A model generated the notes under the pieces. That model searched no databases and had not been told where the DNA came from. It worked only from the letters and a program-made list of their open reading frames with translations. Position numbers and translations under genes: made by a program. From Nitrospirota bacterium (lineage in GTDB: Bacteria; Nitrospirota; UBA9217), in assembly GCA_029858565.1 (NCBI GenBank), contig JAOUEV010000002.1, forward strand, positions 102,428-166,427: 64,000 nucleotides of DNA, given 5' to 3'. Each line of letters opens with the position of its first letter. The stretch's first letter is position 1. Shown piece by piece: positions 1 through 9,547 of the stretch.

Positions 1-5
1 TTGCA

Positions 6-1088
6 TCAAATCCGACTAAATGCGGTCGCAACAGATTTGTTCACGATTTCCCCCCTGTACGTATTTAACGCGCTTTTGATCTCCGTGCTCTCCTGAATCA
101 CTTTCTCGATCCCCCTGGTCGCCAGCAATTTGATATAGGGCAGTGTTGCGTTCGTGAGGGCGAGCGTGGATGTGCGAGGATAAGCGCCTGGCATGTTTGC
201 CACGCAGTAATGCACGATGCCGTCCACTTCGAATGTCGGATCAGCATGGGTCGTCGGCCGGCTGGTCTCGCAGCATCCGCCCTGGTCCACTGACACGTCA
301 ACGATCACCGATCCTTGTTTCATGGTTCCGAGAATTTTTCTCGTTATGAACACCGGCGTCCTCCCCCCGGGGATAAGGATGGAGCCGACGACGATGTCCG
401 CGGTCCGAATCTCCTGCTCCAGGGTTCGTGGCGAGAGCGGCAGGGTCTCGATCCTGCCCTGGAACATGTCATCGATGACCTTCAGCCGGTCCGTGGTCTT
501 GTTCATGACAAGGACCTCCATGCCTATTCCAGCTGCGACGCGCGCGGCATTGGTACCAACCACCCCGGCGCCGAGTACCAGCATCCTTGCCGGTTTGACA
601 CCCGCGGTGCCGGTCGGCAGGATACCGGAACCGCCCCGATGCTTCTGGAGGTGGAACGCCGCAGCCAGCGGAGCCATCCGTCCGGCGATCTCGCTCATGG
701 GGGCAAGGAGCGGCAGTGTGCCGTCCTTTGACAGAGTCTCGTAGGCAAGCCCGATGATCTTCTTCGCAAGCAGGATGTCGGTCAATTCACGGTTCGGTGC
801 GAGATGCAGATAGGTGAAAAGAGCCTGGCCGTCTCGAAGAAGAGCGTATTCTGCCGGGAGGGGCTCCTTGACCTTGATGATGAGCTCCGCGCGGTTAAAC
901 AGCGTTTTCCGGTCAACGATGTCTGCGTCAGCATCAAGGTACTCATCGTCGGAAAATCCGCTGCCCCTGCCCGCTCCCGTTTCAACAAGGATAGTTGTGC
1001 CGAACCGCTTGACCTCCCGGGCAGCATCAGGCGTCATGCCTACACGGTACTCCTCGGTCTTGATCTCCTTTGGCACTCCGATGATCAT
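6..1088 (-). CDS. ald: alanine dehydrogenase
   Basis: Listed ORF 6..1205(-) has a canonical Ald N-terminus MIIGVPKEIKTEEYRVG at internal Met40, so start is taken at 1088, with GGAGG ~8 nt upstream on the minus strand. Rossmann motif LVLGAGVVGTNAA; ~361 aa. Confidence 0.88.
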   Translation of the reverse strand: MIIGVPKEIKTEEYRVGMTPDAAREVKRFGTTILVETGAGRGSGFSDDEYLDADADIVDRKTLFNRAELIIKVKEPLPAEYALLRDGQALFTYLHLAPNRELTDILLAKKIIGLAYETLSKDGTLPLLAPMSEIAGRMAPLAAAFHLQKHRGGSGILPTGTAGVKPARMLVLGAGVVGTNAARVAAGIGMEVLVMNKTTDRLKVIDDMFQGRIETLPLSPRTLEQEIRTADIVVGSILIPGGRTPVFITRKILGTMKQGSVIVDVSVDQGGCCETSRPTTHADPTFEVDGIVHYCVANMPGAYPRTSTLALTNATLPYIKLLATRGIEKVIQESTEIKSALNTYRGEIVNKSVATAFSRI

Positions 1089-1219
1089 GGTATAAACCTC
1101 CATTTGATAAAAGTATAGCATCTCCTGCAGAAGGCATGCAGGAGTAGAATGCTCTTGACTCGCGGTCGGGTTTTCTGTAGTATTTTCCGCCGAACAGATC
1201 GTCATCCGGAGGATATGGT

Positions 1220-1747
1220 ATGGCTGAAGAGAAGAAGGAACCGTGGCTTAATTATCTTGCGCTCACGACCGTCGTTTTTGCGGTGTGCGCGACCCTTTCG
1301 ACACTGAAGGGCGGAGGGTTTTCCACAAAATCGGTGATGATGCAGGCCCAGGCATCGGACCAGTGGGCCTATTTCCAGTCCAAGAGCATTAAGGGATACC
1401 TGTACGAGCTTCAGCGGGACAAACTGGAGATGGAACTGAAGGCCGGCGTGCGCGGGGCGGCCGGTGAGTACCGGAAAAAGATCGACTATTATCAGCAGGA
1501 GATCACCCGGTACAAGGCCGAAAAAGAGGAGATCAGGAAGAAAGCCGAGGAATTCGAGAAAACGCGCGATGAAGCGCGGACCCACTCAGGTGCATTCGGC
1601 ATGGCGGCAATGTTCCTCCAGATCGCCATCCTGCTTTCCTCCATTGCTGCGTTGATGAAACAGAAGTACTTCTGGTTCCTGGGGATGGGGGCCGGATGTT
1701 TCGGGCTGTTCTATTTCTTCAATGGGTTCTTCCTGTTCATGAAATAA
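1220..1747 (+). CDS. small membrane protein, DUF4337-like (N- and C-terminal TM helices flanking a charged coiled-coil segment)
   Basis: 175-aa ORF with a hydrophobic N-terminus (LALTTVVFAVCATL), a central K/E-rich segment and a hydrophobic C-terminus. Family assignment is from memory of DUF4337 architecture. Confidence 0.5.
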   Translation: MAEEKKEPWLNYLALTTVVFAVCATLSTLKGGGFSTKSVMMQAQASDQWAYFQSKSIKGYLYELQRDKLEMELKAGVRGAAGEYRKKIDYYQQEITRYKAEKEEIRKKAEEFEKTRDEARTHSGAFGMAAMFLQIAILLSSIAALMKQKYFWFLGMGAGCFGLFYFFNGFFLFMK

Positions 1748-1849
1748 GGATGTTTTTCCCGGCGGTTCTCCGGGCAGGACCCGAGGTTTGCTATAATCTA
1801 GTCGTGCGGGATTGACGGGTCGTGCCATGGGTAGAAGGGGGCTGCGACC

Positions 1850-2430
1850 GTGAAACAGATCAGGAACCAGGTTGTACTTGGCGTCACGCTCATTATCATC
1901 TCATCGGCACGCTATGTTGCCCGGATCAGGATTTTTCATTCCGCGCGGAGGACCTTCCTGCTGGGTTTGTTGGAGAACCAGAATCTTCTTGAGCATGAGA
2001 CCTTCACTGAGCTGCTCTGGGGCCTTGATTACATCACCGGACCGGAGATTTCCTTTGTAGTGTTCTTCCTCTTCCCCATATTTCTCGTGACGTGGTATGC
2101 TGGCGAAGGAGCGGGGATTGTCATATCCCTGCTGTCCGGGATAGCATGGTTCACCTCGGACGTGCTGACCTCGGCCTCCGATGCCTATCCCCATCCAGGT
2201 GTCATCGCTCCGGCGATCGCAGGACCGTGAACGGAATATGGCGAGAACGGACTATCTGGCCAAAGTTGACAATTCCAGGTACTTTGCCGAACTTGCGCAG
2301 GCCGAGATCAATCGCGCTGCCCGACAGCGCCGATGGCACGATCAGGACCGCGGACGACTTCATGTGTTCGGTTAAGCACGGAGGCAAGGACCGGATCGAG
2401 CATTGGGAGTTAAAATACAAAGCGGCCTGA
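1850..2430 (+). pseudogene. degraded membrane sensor / GGDEF diguanylate cyclase remnant split over three reading frames
   Basis: Frame of 1850: hydrophobic sensor-like N-terminus. Frame of 2181: RTDYLAKVDNSRYFAELAQAEINRAARQRR, resembling the start of a GGDEF domain (TDxLTGLxNRRxF...). Frame of 2092: IALPDSADGTIRTADDFMCSVKHGGKDRIEH, resembling a GGDEF C-terminus (..LL..AD.ALY.AK..GRNR). The GG(D/E)EF core is absent. Confidence 0.4.
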
Positions 2431-2476
2431 GGATTCAGGCCGCTTGAAGGGTAATTATTCTTTGAAGGGAAGCGGA

Positions 2477-3790
2477 TCAGTTCTTATGCTGGAAATTGTC
2501 TCCCCGCGACAGGCTGTCCCAGCTTTTTTTGACAACTGCGGTTGCAGTACGTGTTTTGACCAGGATGACCTGGACCTCGCCAATCACCTTATTTACACCT
2601 GAGTCGTTCCCGCCGTCGGCATATATAAGGTAGCGGTCCCCGGGATCAACGCCATCCTCTTTCCCTTTGTCCAAATAGACGATATCCACCTGCCCGTTGA
2701 GATCCCGCCGATCGACCACTTCCAGGATCTGCCCGGTAAGGTTCTTTGTCGGCCGCGGAGTCGATGTCGGGTAGATAAGCGTCGGTTCCTGATAGGGCAT
2801 GAGCAGACTCCCTTTTTCGGCCGCGTCAAAGGACAGAATGATGCTTGCGGTTGCGGTCGTGGATCCTTCGTCGTTGACCTTAGTTACTTTCAGGATGCCC
2901 AGGATCTTATACAGTTCACCAAAGTACTTGTTGGTGGCAGGGTGTTTTACCGTGTTGACCGGTTGAAAGATCAGGAACCGGTCGCCGACAGCGACCGCGG
3001 GGCGGGAATGAATCGATATGTAGACGACATCATCATGGCCGAAGATCGTTTTCGCGGCATCGGCTGAAGATCCGATAATATAATCATCGCTATCCTCTTC
3101 ACTGACAAAACCGGCGCTTAACATGATGTACTTATCGACAACAGGCCGCTCTGCTTCCGTGGGCAGGATTAGTCTGCTTCCTGGGGCTGGTTCCTCCTGT
3201 CCGGGAGCGGCGGCATCGATCGACTGCTTCCTGAAGAACGAGGGAAGCACCGGCTGATCCGGTGCTGGCGCAGCAGCGACAGGCGCCGGGGCTTCTTTCG
3301 CCGTGATGGTCTTTTCTTCGACCGGCGCAGGTTCCTGAGGAGCGCTCATTGCTCGTTCCACAGGAGCAAGGCTCGGGATCACCAATTGCCGGCCGGGATA
3401 GATAAGATCAGGATCGGCGATGACTGGATTGGCCTGCCAGATAAGCGGCCACAGGAAGGGATCTCGATAATGGGCAGACGCAATGTCCCAGAGCGTATCA
3501 CCTTCCTTGATGACATATTGTCCCGGTTGGTCCGAAGAGGCAGCTGCCTCGGCTGCTTCGGCCGCAGATGCCGGCTGGTCTTTCTTGTCCCCCGGGGGAG
3601 TGACAGGAGCTCCCGGAAGAGCAACAGTGCCCTGCGATGCCCCCCCCTGGTCCTGTGTGTTGCCTCCGGCCGGTGCGGCGGTGTTCGCAGGTTCCTGGAC
3701 CCACGCGGTCTGGGGGCATGTCAGGATGACAAGTAGGGTGAGTATGATCCCGCTGGCGGGGATGTACCGGATGGACCTCCTGCTGGTCAT
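2477..3790 (-). CDS. LysM domain-containing secreted protein
   Basis: Signal-peptide-like N-terminus and LysM motif YVIKEGDTLWDIASAHYRDPFLWPLIWQANPVIADPDLIYPGRQLVIP. Large C-terminal domain of unknown function. Start ATG overlaps the stop of the upstream gene (ATGA). Confidence 0.8.
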   Translation of the reverse strand: MTSRRSIRYIPASGIILTLLVILTCPQTAWVQEPANTAAPAGGNTQDQGGASQGTVALPGAPVTPPGDKKDQPASAAEAAEAAASSDQPGQYVIKEGDTLWDIASAHYRDPFLWPLIWQANPVIADPDLIYPGRQLVIPSLAPVERAMSAPQEPAPVEEKTITAKEAPAPVAAAPAPDQPVLPSFFRKQSIDAAAPGQEEPAPGSRLILPTEAERPVVDKYIMLSAGFVSEEDSDDYIIGSSADAAKTIFGHDDVVYISIHSRPAVAVGDRFLIFQPVNTVKHPATNKYFGELYKILGILKVTKVNDEGSTTATASIILSFDAAEKGSLLMPYQEPTLIYPTSTPRPTKNLTGQILEVVDRRDLNGQVDIVYLDKGKEDGVDPGDRYLIYADGGNDSGVNKVIGEVQVILVKTRTATAVVKKSWDSLSRGDNFQHKN

Positions 3791-4185
3791 TGCTCCTGCC
3801 TCCTCACGGGCTTCGCTTTCTTATTTTTCTTTTTCACAGTGCTCTTCTGTTTTTTCTTTCCCGACGAAGTGTTCTGACCGTTAGTTTGGGACGATCCGAC
3901 AGATGATCCCGAGTCGGCCGAAGTGATCCGGGAAGCCTGGGAACGCTGCTCTTCGACGGCCTTGAGACGGGTGGTCAGCGCCTCGGTCGTGCTCGTCTGT
4001 TCGTCCAGTTTTCGCCGGGTCTCTTTCTGGAGGGACTGGAGCTCAAGCAGCTGTTTTTGAAGGATGAGGACCTGATCCTTGACTGGATCTGCGGGAGGTG
4101 GGGCTGGTTTTGTGGATGCGCATGCGGTGACAACAAACGCGAGAACGGCAGGAAGTATCGCATGGAGCACCACTCTTCGTTCCAT
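3787..4185 (-). CDS. coiled-coil lipoprotein with lysine-rich C-terminal tail
   Basis: Internal Met28 of ORF 3787..4266 gives MERRVVLHAILPAVLAFVVTAC (lipobox-like VTAC) with GGAGG 5 nt upstream. Heptad-like LQKQLLELQSLQKETRRKLDEQ. Tail KKKQKSTVKKKNKKAKP. Translationally coupled to the LysM gene. Confidence 0.55.
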   Translation of the reverse strand: MERRVVLHAILPAVLAFVVTACASTKPAPPPADPVKDQVLILQKQLLELQSLQKETRRKLDEQTSTTEALTTRLKAVEEQRSQASRITSADSGSSVGSSQTNGQNTSSGKKKQKSTVKKKNKKAKPVRRQEQ

Positions 4186-4340
4186 CCATCCTCCTTCCGG
4201 TCGATTAGCAAGCCTGTTGAGCACCGAATTGCACTTAAGATAGCCGAGAAACCCGTTGTTTGTCAAGAGAATTCCTCGATGACGCCGGCGCAGGGAGCAT
4301 GTGGCGCTGCCCTTTACGCTCTATCCGCGGCATGTGTTGA

Positions 4341-4425
4341 CAGCGGACATGCGGTGACAGCGGACATGCGGTGACAGCGGACATGCGGTGACAGCGGACA
4401 TGCGGTGACAGCGGACATGCGGTGC
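4341..4425. repeat. 17-bp perfect tandem direct repeat x5 (cagcggacatgcggtga) in the divergent promoter region
   Basis: Read directly: five head-to-tail copies. The last copy ends in gtgc and runs into the GTG/ATG of the listed ORF 4405. A degenerate copy lies upstream (gcggcatgtgttga). Confidence 0.9.
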
Positions 4426-4464
4426 CTTGCTTTCCCTGGGCTATTTTGGTATTCTGCCGTCATC

Positions 4465-6633
4465 ATGAACCATGATGAACCACAGGTGGTGAAGCGGGTG
4501 AGCTTCAAGGGAGTGCTGTTCCTTGCGGCTTTTGTTATCCTGACCGCGGCAGCCATCGTCCTGCAGATCCGCTTTCGCGGATTCGGGGGCCCGCTTTCGG
4601 ACAACCTGCTCATTCTGATCCTGATCAACGCTAATTTCCTCCTCCTGGCAGCCGTCATATTCATGATCGGCAGGAGCCTCTGGAAGCTTTCAGCGGAACG
4701 CAGAAGCAAAGTCCTGGGAGCGAAGTTCCGCACCCGCCTGGTGGCCGCCTTTGTGAGCCTTTCGTTCATCCCGACGGTGCTCCTGTTTGTCATCGGCAGC
4801 GGCATCTATACCCGCGGCATGGAGCGTCTTTTCAGTCTCCGGCTCGAGAACACCCTGCAGGAATCGGTTTCGGTGTCTCAGGCCTTTTATGATCATTTGA
4901 CCGGCCAGGCACGGGGATTCTCCCGGCAGATCAGCGGGCAGCTGACCGAGGAACGGATGGTGGCCCGGTTCGAACCCGCGGTGCTTCGCGACTATCTGAC
5001 ACGGAAGTCGCAGGAATACGGCATCGGAGCGGTCGAACTCTACGGAGAGAACCGCAGACTGCTCACATCGGTCGTGACGTCCCAGTTCCCAGCCCGGACA
5101 TTCTCCGGAGCCGACCCGGGACTTGTCGCTGCTGCTTTTGAGGCAAAGGAGGCGACGGACAGGACGGACCTCGGAAGAAAGGGAGAGATCGTGCGTGCCG
5201 CCGCTCCGCTCTACGGGGTCGAGACCGGATCAACGGTGGTCGGCGCTGTGGCCGTGAGCTATTATGTTTCCTCGAGCCTGACCAGCAAGATCGATGAGAT
5301 CCGCGCCGGGTACATAGAATACCGGTCGGCATTCAAGAATAAGGAACTGCTCAAGCTGTCCTATCGGCTCGGCTTTCTGGCGGTTATGCTCACACTGGTT
5401 CTGGCTGCCATCTGGGTCGCCCTTCGGGTTGCGGCGGGCATCACCGTTCCGATCAGAAAGCTTGCCGAGGGGACCGTCGAGGTTGCGCGGGGAAACCTGG
5501 ATTACCGGATCGACGATCCGTCAGGCGACGAGGTCGGTCTGCTGGTGGGATCCTTCAACCGGATGACGGCAGATCTGAAGCATTCCAGCGAGCAGCTCCG
5601 CCAGGAAGTATCCAACCGCGAGATCATCCTGACGACCATTGACGCGGGTGTCGTGTCCCTTGACCGAAGCGGCAGGATCACCACGATCAATCCCGCTGCA
5701 TCAAGGATCCTCGGTGTGGTATCCGAAGACCTGCTCGGACGGCGGTATGATGACGCTTTCGGATTCATTGATCTCAAACCGATCCGCAGACTGTTCCGGA
5801 AGCTGGAGGAAGGTCATGGACGGACCGAGGAAGAGCTCACGCTGTCGGTCCGGGGGAGGACCCTCACCCTTCGGATGCGCGTGTCCACGCTTCGGGACAG
5901 CGCCGGAACGCTGATGGGGTCCGTGATCACCTTTGATGACCTGACCGAGTTGCTGCGCGCGAAGAAGGCTGAGACCTGGCAGGACGTGGCGCGCAAGATA
6001 GCTCACGAAGTGAAGAACCCGCTTACCCCTATCAAGCTGTCCGCTGAACGCCTCCGGAAGAAATATCTGGAACGTTCGCCGGATTTCGACCGGGTCTTCG
6101 ACGAGTCGAGCCAGACGATCATCCAGCAGGTCGATGGCCTGAAGGGACTCCTGGACGAGTTCTCCGAATATGCGCGGATGCCGCGGCCCAATCCGGCGCC
6201 TCAGGCGCTGGGGCCGGTCGTGGACAGCGTTGTGAAGCTCTACGACGGTATGCATAAAGGGATACAATTCCGGCAGGAGATACCGCAAGGGCTACCCGAC
6301 CTGCCGATTGATCAGGAACAAATGAAACGGGTGTTCATCAACCTTGTCAAGAACGCAATTGAGGTCATGGACCAGGGTGGTACGATCGGCATCACGGCGC
6401 AGGCAGATGCGGCGGGAAACACCATTCGTATCGATGTGTCCGATGACGGCCCCGGTATCTCCGAGGAGGACGTGGTCCGCCTCTTCGAACCGTATTTTTC
6501 GCGGAAGAAAAAGGGTGGTGGCCTCGGGCTGGCCATTGTTGAGCGCATCGTCGCCGATCACAACGGAACGATCCGTGCCGAGCGGAACCATCCTCAGGGG
6601 GCCAGGTTCATCATTGAGTTGCCCGTGAAGTAA
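4465..6633 (+). CDS. NtrY-type sensor histidine kinase (TM-HAMP-PAS-HisKA-HATPase)
   Basis: H-box IAHEVKNPLTPIKLSAERLRKK, characteristic of the NtrY family. HATPase motifs NLVKNAIEVM and GGGLGLAIVERIV. Two N-terminal TM helices, and PAS between HAMP and HisKA. Start chosen at MNHDEPQ (4465), which gives a positive-inside N-terminus; the listed ORF starts with GTG at 4405 inside the repeat. Confidence 0.82.
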   Translation: MNHDEPQVVKRVSFKGVLFLAAFVILTAAAIVLQIRFRGFGGPLSDNLLILILINANFLLLAAVIFMIGRSLWKLSAERRSKVLGAKFRTRLVAAFVSLSFIPTVLLFVIGSGIYTRGMERLFSLRLENTLQESVSVSQAFYDHLTGQARGFSRQISGQLTEERMVARFEPAVLRDYLTRKSQEYGIGAVELYGENRRLLTSVVTSQFPARTFSGADPGLVAAAFEAKEATDRTDLGRKGEIVRAAAPLYGVETGSTVVGAVAVSYYVSSSLTSKIDEIRAGYIEYRSAFKNKELLKLSYRLGFLAVMLTLVLAAIWVALRVAAGITVPIRKLAEGTVEVARGNLDYRIDDPSGDEVGLLVGSFNRMTADLKHSSEQLRQEVSNREIILTTIDAGVVSLDRSGRITTINPAASRILGVVSEDLLGRRYDDAFGFIDLKPIRRLFRKLEEGHGRTEEELTLSVRGRTLTLRMRVSTLRDSAGTLMGSVITFDDLTELLRAKKAETWQDVARKIAHEVKNPLTPIKLSAERLRKKYLERSPDFDRVFDESSQTIIQQVDGLKGLLDEFSEYARMPRPNPAPQALGPVVDSVVKLYDGMHKGIQFRQEIPQGLPDLPIDQEQMKRVFINLVKNAIEVMDQGGTIGITAQADAAGNTIRIDVSDDGPGISEEDVVRLFEPYFSRKKKGGGLGLAIVERIVADHNGTIRAERNHPQGARFIIELPVK

Positions 6634-6750
6634 GACTTGTACTGACCGCAGATCGCGGATCGAGCGGAAACGTTCACGTGGATGACACGGGAATCGGCGA
6701 TCCGATATCCGGGATCTGCAGGCGGTAATTTTTGCTGAGGAGGTTGTATC

Positions 6751-7122
6751 TTGGATACTTTTTCCATAGTACTGATCGTGTTTTTCGGCGCATATGTTGC
6801 TATCAAGCTCCTGGGCTATCTGAGCAGGCTCGGGATCAAGCAGGTGACCGCGCGTCAGATCGATCAGATGAAGGGCATCATGCTCCTCGATGTGCGCTCG
6901 GACAAGGAGTTCAAACAGGGGCACATCCCGGGATCCATCCACATTCCCCTTGAAGAAGTGGGGAGCAAGGCAAAGAAGCTCCGGAAAGACAAGGAGCTTG
7001 TCGTGTACTGCCAGAGCGGGAACCGGAGTATCTGGGCGATCAAGCGGCTCATGGGGATGGGATTTACGAACCTTCATAATCTGAAGGGCGGCTATCATGC
7101 CTGGAAGCGCATCCATCGTTGA
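6751..7122 (+). CDS. single-domain rhodanese-like sulfurtransferase with N-terminal TM anchor
   Basis: Active-site loop VVYCQSGNRS with the catalytic Cys. 123 aa; hydrophobic N-terminus IVLIVFFGAYVAIKLL. Confidence 0.85.
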   Translation: MDTFSIVLIVFFGAYVAIKLLGYLSRLGIKQVTARQIDQMKGIMLLDVRSDKEFKQGHIPGSIHIPLEEVGSKAKKLRKDKELVVYCQSGNRSIWAIKRLMGMGFTNLHNLKGGYHAWKRIHR

Positions 7123-7750
7123 ACTGAAGCGGGACTATCGGGCGAAGAAGCGAGCCATCGAGTCCCGGCTCAGGGAGTTCCGGAAGGTCCTCCCACGGGG
7201 TGATGAAGCGGTCTTCGAGGAGCTTTGTTTCTGCATACTCACTGCCGGCAGCAGCGCGCGCATGGGGATGAAGACCATCGCGGCCCTGCGCGACCTTCTT
7301 CAGACCGGGAGCGAGGAGGAACTGCAGGAACGGGCGGGAAAGAACCGTGTCCGGTTCTGGAGAGTGCGGCCATCCTATATCTACCAGACCCGGGAGTACC
7401 TTCGTCAGCACTGCGGACTGCGGCTACGGGAACTTCTCGTCTCCTTTGAAGATCCCCAGGAACGCCGTGATTTCTTCGCCGGGAACAGGGCGATCAAAGG
7501 CCTGGGGTACAAGGAGACCAGCCACTTTTTGCGGAACATCGGCTTTGGCGGCTACGCGATCCTGGACAAGCATATCGTGAACAGCCTGCGGGAACTGGGC
7601 GTGATCGGTAAACAGCTTAAACCGACGACCCGGAAGGGATATCTTTCGATCGAGAATAAGATGAGGCGGTTCGCCGAAGAGATCGAAATCGATATGGACC
7701 ACCTGGACCTGCTGCTGTGGTCGCGCAAGACCGGGGAAATACTGAAATAG
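7097..7750 (+). CDS. N-glycosylase/DNA lyase, Ogg2-type 8-oxoguanine DNA glycosylase (HhH-GPD)
   Basis: ELCFCILTAGSSARMG matches the archaeal-type Ogg2 signature (ELCFCILTAN.SA). HhH motif with Lys: KGLGYKETSHFLRNIGF. Catalytic Asp in ILDKHI. Overlaps the rhodanese gene by 26 nt. Confidence 0.75.
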   Translation: MPGSASIVELKRDYRAKKRAIESRLREFRKVLPRGDEAVFEELCFCILTAGSSARMGMKTIAALRDLLQTGSEEELQERAGKNRVRFWRVRPSYIYQTREYLRQHCGLRLRELLVSFEDPQERRDFFAGNRAIKGLGYKETSHFLRNIGFGGYAILDKHIVNSLRELGVIGKQLKPTTRKGYLSIENKMRRFAEEIEIDMDHLDLLLWSRKTGEILK

Positions 7751-7844
7751 ACGGCAAGCCGGAGGGTGGTCTTCCGTAGGTCGCACAGGTGGCGGGGAAT
7801 GGAACCATAACCGTAGATCCGCTGAGCGTAGTCGCGAGGGGAAC

Positions 7845-8141
7845 ATGGCTGACAAGGGACTGAAGAAAGCGATCATCATCGGCGCCGCTCTCGGCGCCGT
7901 TCTTACTCTGGGCGTGGCCCTTTCAATGGACTACTTCCTGTCGAGTTCTCTGCAGGGGACCTGGCGGGATGCTGCCGTGAAGGATGTGACCAAAATGTTC
8001 GGACCATCTTGCGGTCAGAACTGGTTCGCGGTCACCCTGGTCCTGGTGTTCGTCATGGCCTTTCTTGCCGGTTTCGGTGCGATACTCGGGACCGTGGGCG
8101 CCGTCATCATCAACCGGTTCTTTAAATTCCTCCTGAAATGA
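7845..8141 (+). CDS. small two-TM membrane protein, hypothetical
   Basis: 98-aa ORF with two hydrophobic helices. No recognisable motif. Confidence 0.45.
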   Translation: MADKGLKKAIIIGAALGAVLTLGVALSMDYFLSSSLQGTWRDAAVKDVTKMFGPSCGQNWFAVTLVLVFVMAFLAGFGAILGTVGAVIINRFFKFLLK

Positions 8142-8283
8142 TTATGATCCCGAAGCGGTTCACAGGCAGCGGGAGTACGTTTCCTCTCTGGTACGCAGGG
8201 ACGCTGTCCGGATTTGTCTTTTTTTTCGACAGGGAAAGTGCGATAATTTTCCGATATCAGCCGCTCCATGACTAGGTCAGCCT

Positions 8284-9510
8284 ATGTTGTTCAATATCCT
8301 TAAACGCTCATTCCTGAACCAGAAGCGCGCGATGGCGGTCATGATCGTGTCCGTGGCCGTCGGGACCGCTATAGCAGCGTCCCTGCTCGCGCTATCCTTC
8401 GATATTTCATCAAAGGTCTCCAGGGAACTTCGTTCCTTTGGCGCGAATATCGTGGTCCAGCCCCGGATAACAGGATTGGCAGGCGTGAGCGGACAGAAAC
8501 GCTATCTGCGCGAGGCCGACATTCCCAAGGCAAAGACCATCTTCTGGAGGCACAACATCCTCGGTGTTGCACCACTGCTCGTTGTGCGTGATGAAAAGCA
8601 GAACGCCCAGGTGCTCGGGACCTGGTACCTCAGGACGATCGCCTTGCCGGGAGAAAAAAAAGGATTCGATACCGGCGCTTCTACGGTCATGCCATGGTGG
8701 TCTATAGAGGGGAAATGGCCAGCGGGGGACAGCGAAATCCTGGCGGGCATCGGCATTGCAGAAAAGAAGAACCTTAAGATCGGGGACCGCGTTGCCGTAG
8801 GAGGAAGGCAACTCAGGATATCGGGCGTCCTGAACGCCGGCGGGAGAGAAGATGACATGTTCGTCGGCGAGCTCGCGACGGTACAGCTCTTATACGGCCT
8901 CCCCGGCAGGATATCCCAGGTCGCGGTGAGCGCGCTGACCACGCCCATGGACGATTTTGCCTATAAGGACCCGGCGACCATGTCCCGGAAGGAATATGAG
9001 AAGTGGTACTGCACGGGGTATGTCACCTCGATCGCAAAGCAGCTCGAAGAGGTCTTCGCAGGCTCGGTTGCCCGTCCCATCTGGCCGGTCGCCGAGGCAG
9101 AGGGAAATGTGTTAAGCCGACTTGAGCTCCTGATCATACTGCTGACCGCAGTGTCGCTCCTTGCCGCAGCCCTGGGTATATCCACGACCATGATCATGAG
9201 CCTGCTTAAGCGGACCGAGGAGGTCGCGCTCATGAAAGGGCTCGGGGCGAACACGCTGCAGACGGTTACCGTGTTCCTTTCCGAGGCGCTCCTCATCGGC
9301 CTGGCCGGCGGCGCGGTCGGTTATCTTCTTTCCCTGGGCATATCAAGCTATCTCGGATATCAGGTCTTCGGCACGGCGCTGGAGCAGAAGGGGATGCTTC
9401 TGCCGATCAGCATCGGCGTATCCGAGGTGATCTCGGTGCTCGGGGCCTACCTCCCGATCAGGCGTGCGCTTCGGATAAAACCAGCAATTGTGCTGAAGGG
9501 AGGCCAATAG
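8284..9510 (+). CDS. ABC transporter permease, FtsX/MacB-LolC/E-like
   Basis: N-terminal TM helix, ~200-aa periplasmic domain, and a C-terminal FtsX block LMKGLGANTLQTVTVFLSEALLIGLAGG with three further TM helices. Confidence 0.85.
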   Translation: MLFNILKRSFLNQKRAMAVMIVSVAVGTAIAASLLALSFDISSKVSRELRSFGANIVVQPRITGLAGVSGQKRYLREADIPKAKTIFWRHNILGVAPLLVVRDEKQNAQVLGTWYLRTIALPGEKKGFDTGASTVMPWWSIEGKWPAGDSEILAGIGIAEKKNLKIGDRVAVGGRQLRISGVLNAGGREDDMFVGELATVQLLYGLPGRISQVAVSALTTPMDDFAYKDPATMSRKEYEKWYCTGYVTSIAKQLEEVFAGSVARPIWPVAEAEGNVLSRLELLIILLTAVSLLAAALGISTTMIMSLLKRTEEVALMKGLGANTLQTVTVFLSEALLIGLAGGAVGYLLSLGISSYLGYQVFGTALEQKGMLLPISIGVSEVISVLGAYLPIRRALRIKPAIVLKGGQ

Positions 9511-9547
9511 TCGATCTGCGGAAGCTTTACGCAAGATACTCTTCCTT

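Noticed and set aside
4341-4425. Possibility that the 17-bp array is a CRISPR array
   Set aside because: Repeats are directly abutting with no spacers, the unit is too short, and there are no cas genes. It is a simple tandem repeat.
5701-6288. 195-aa minus-strand ORF inside the histidine kinase gene
   Set aside because: Antisense to the HisKA/HATPase coding region, whose motifs are unambiguous. No features of its own.
8196-8230. Candidate terminator after the small membrane protein gene (gggacgctgtcc followed by a T-run)
   Set aside because: Only a 4-bp stem can be formed. This is too weak to call, although the T-run is real.
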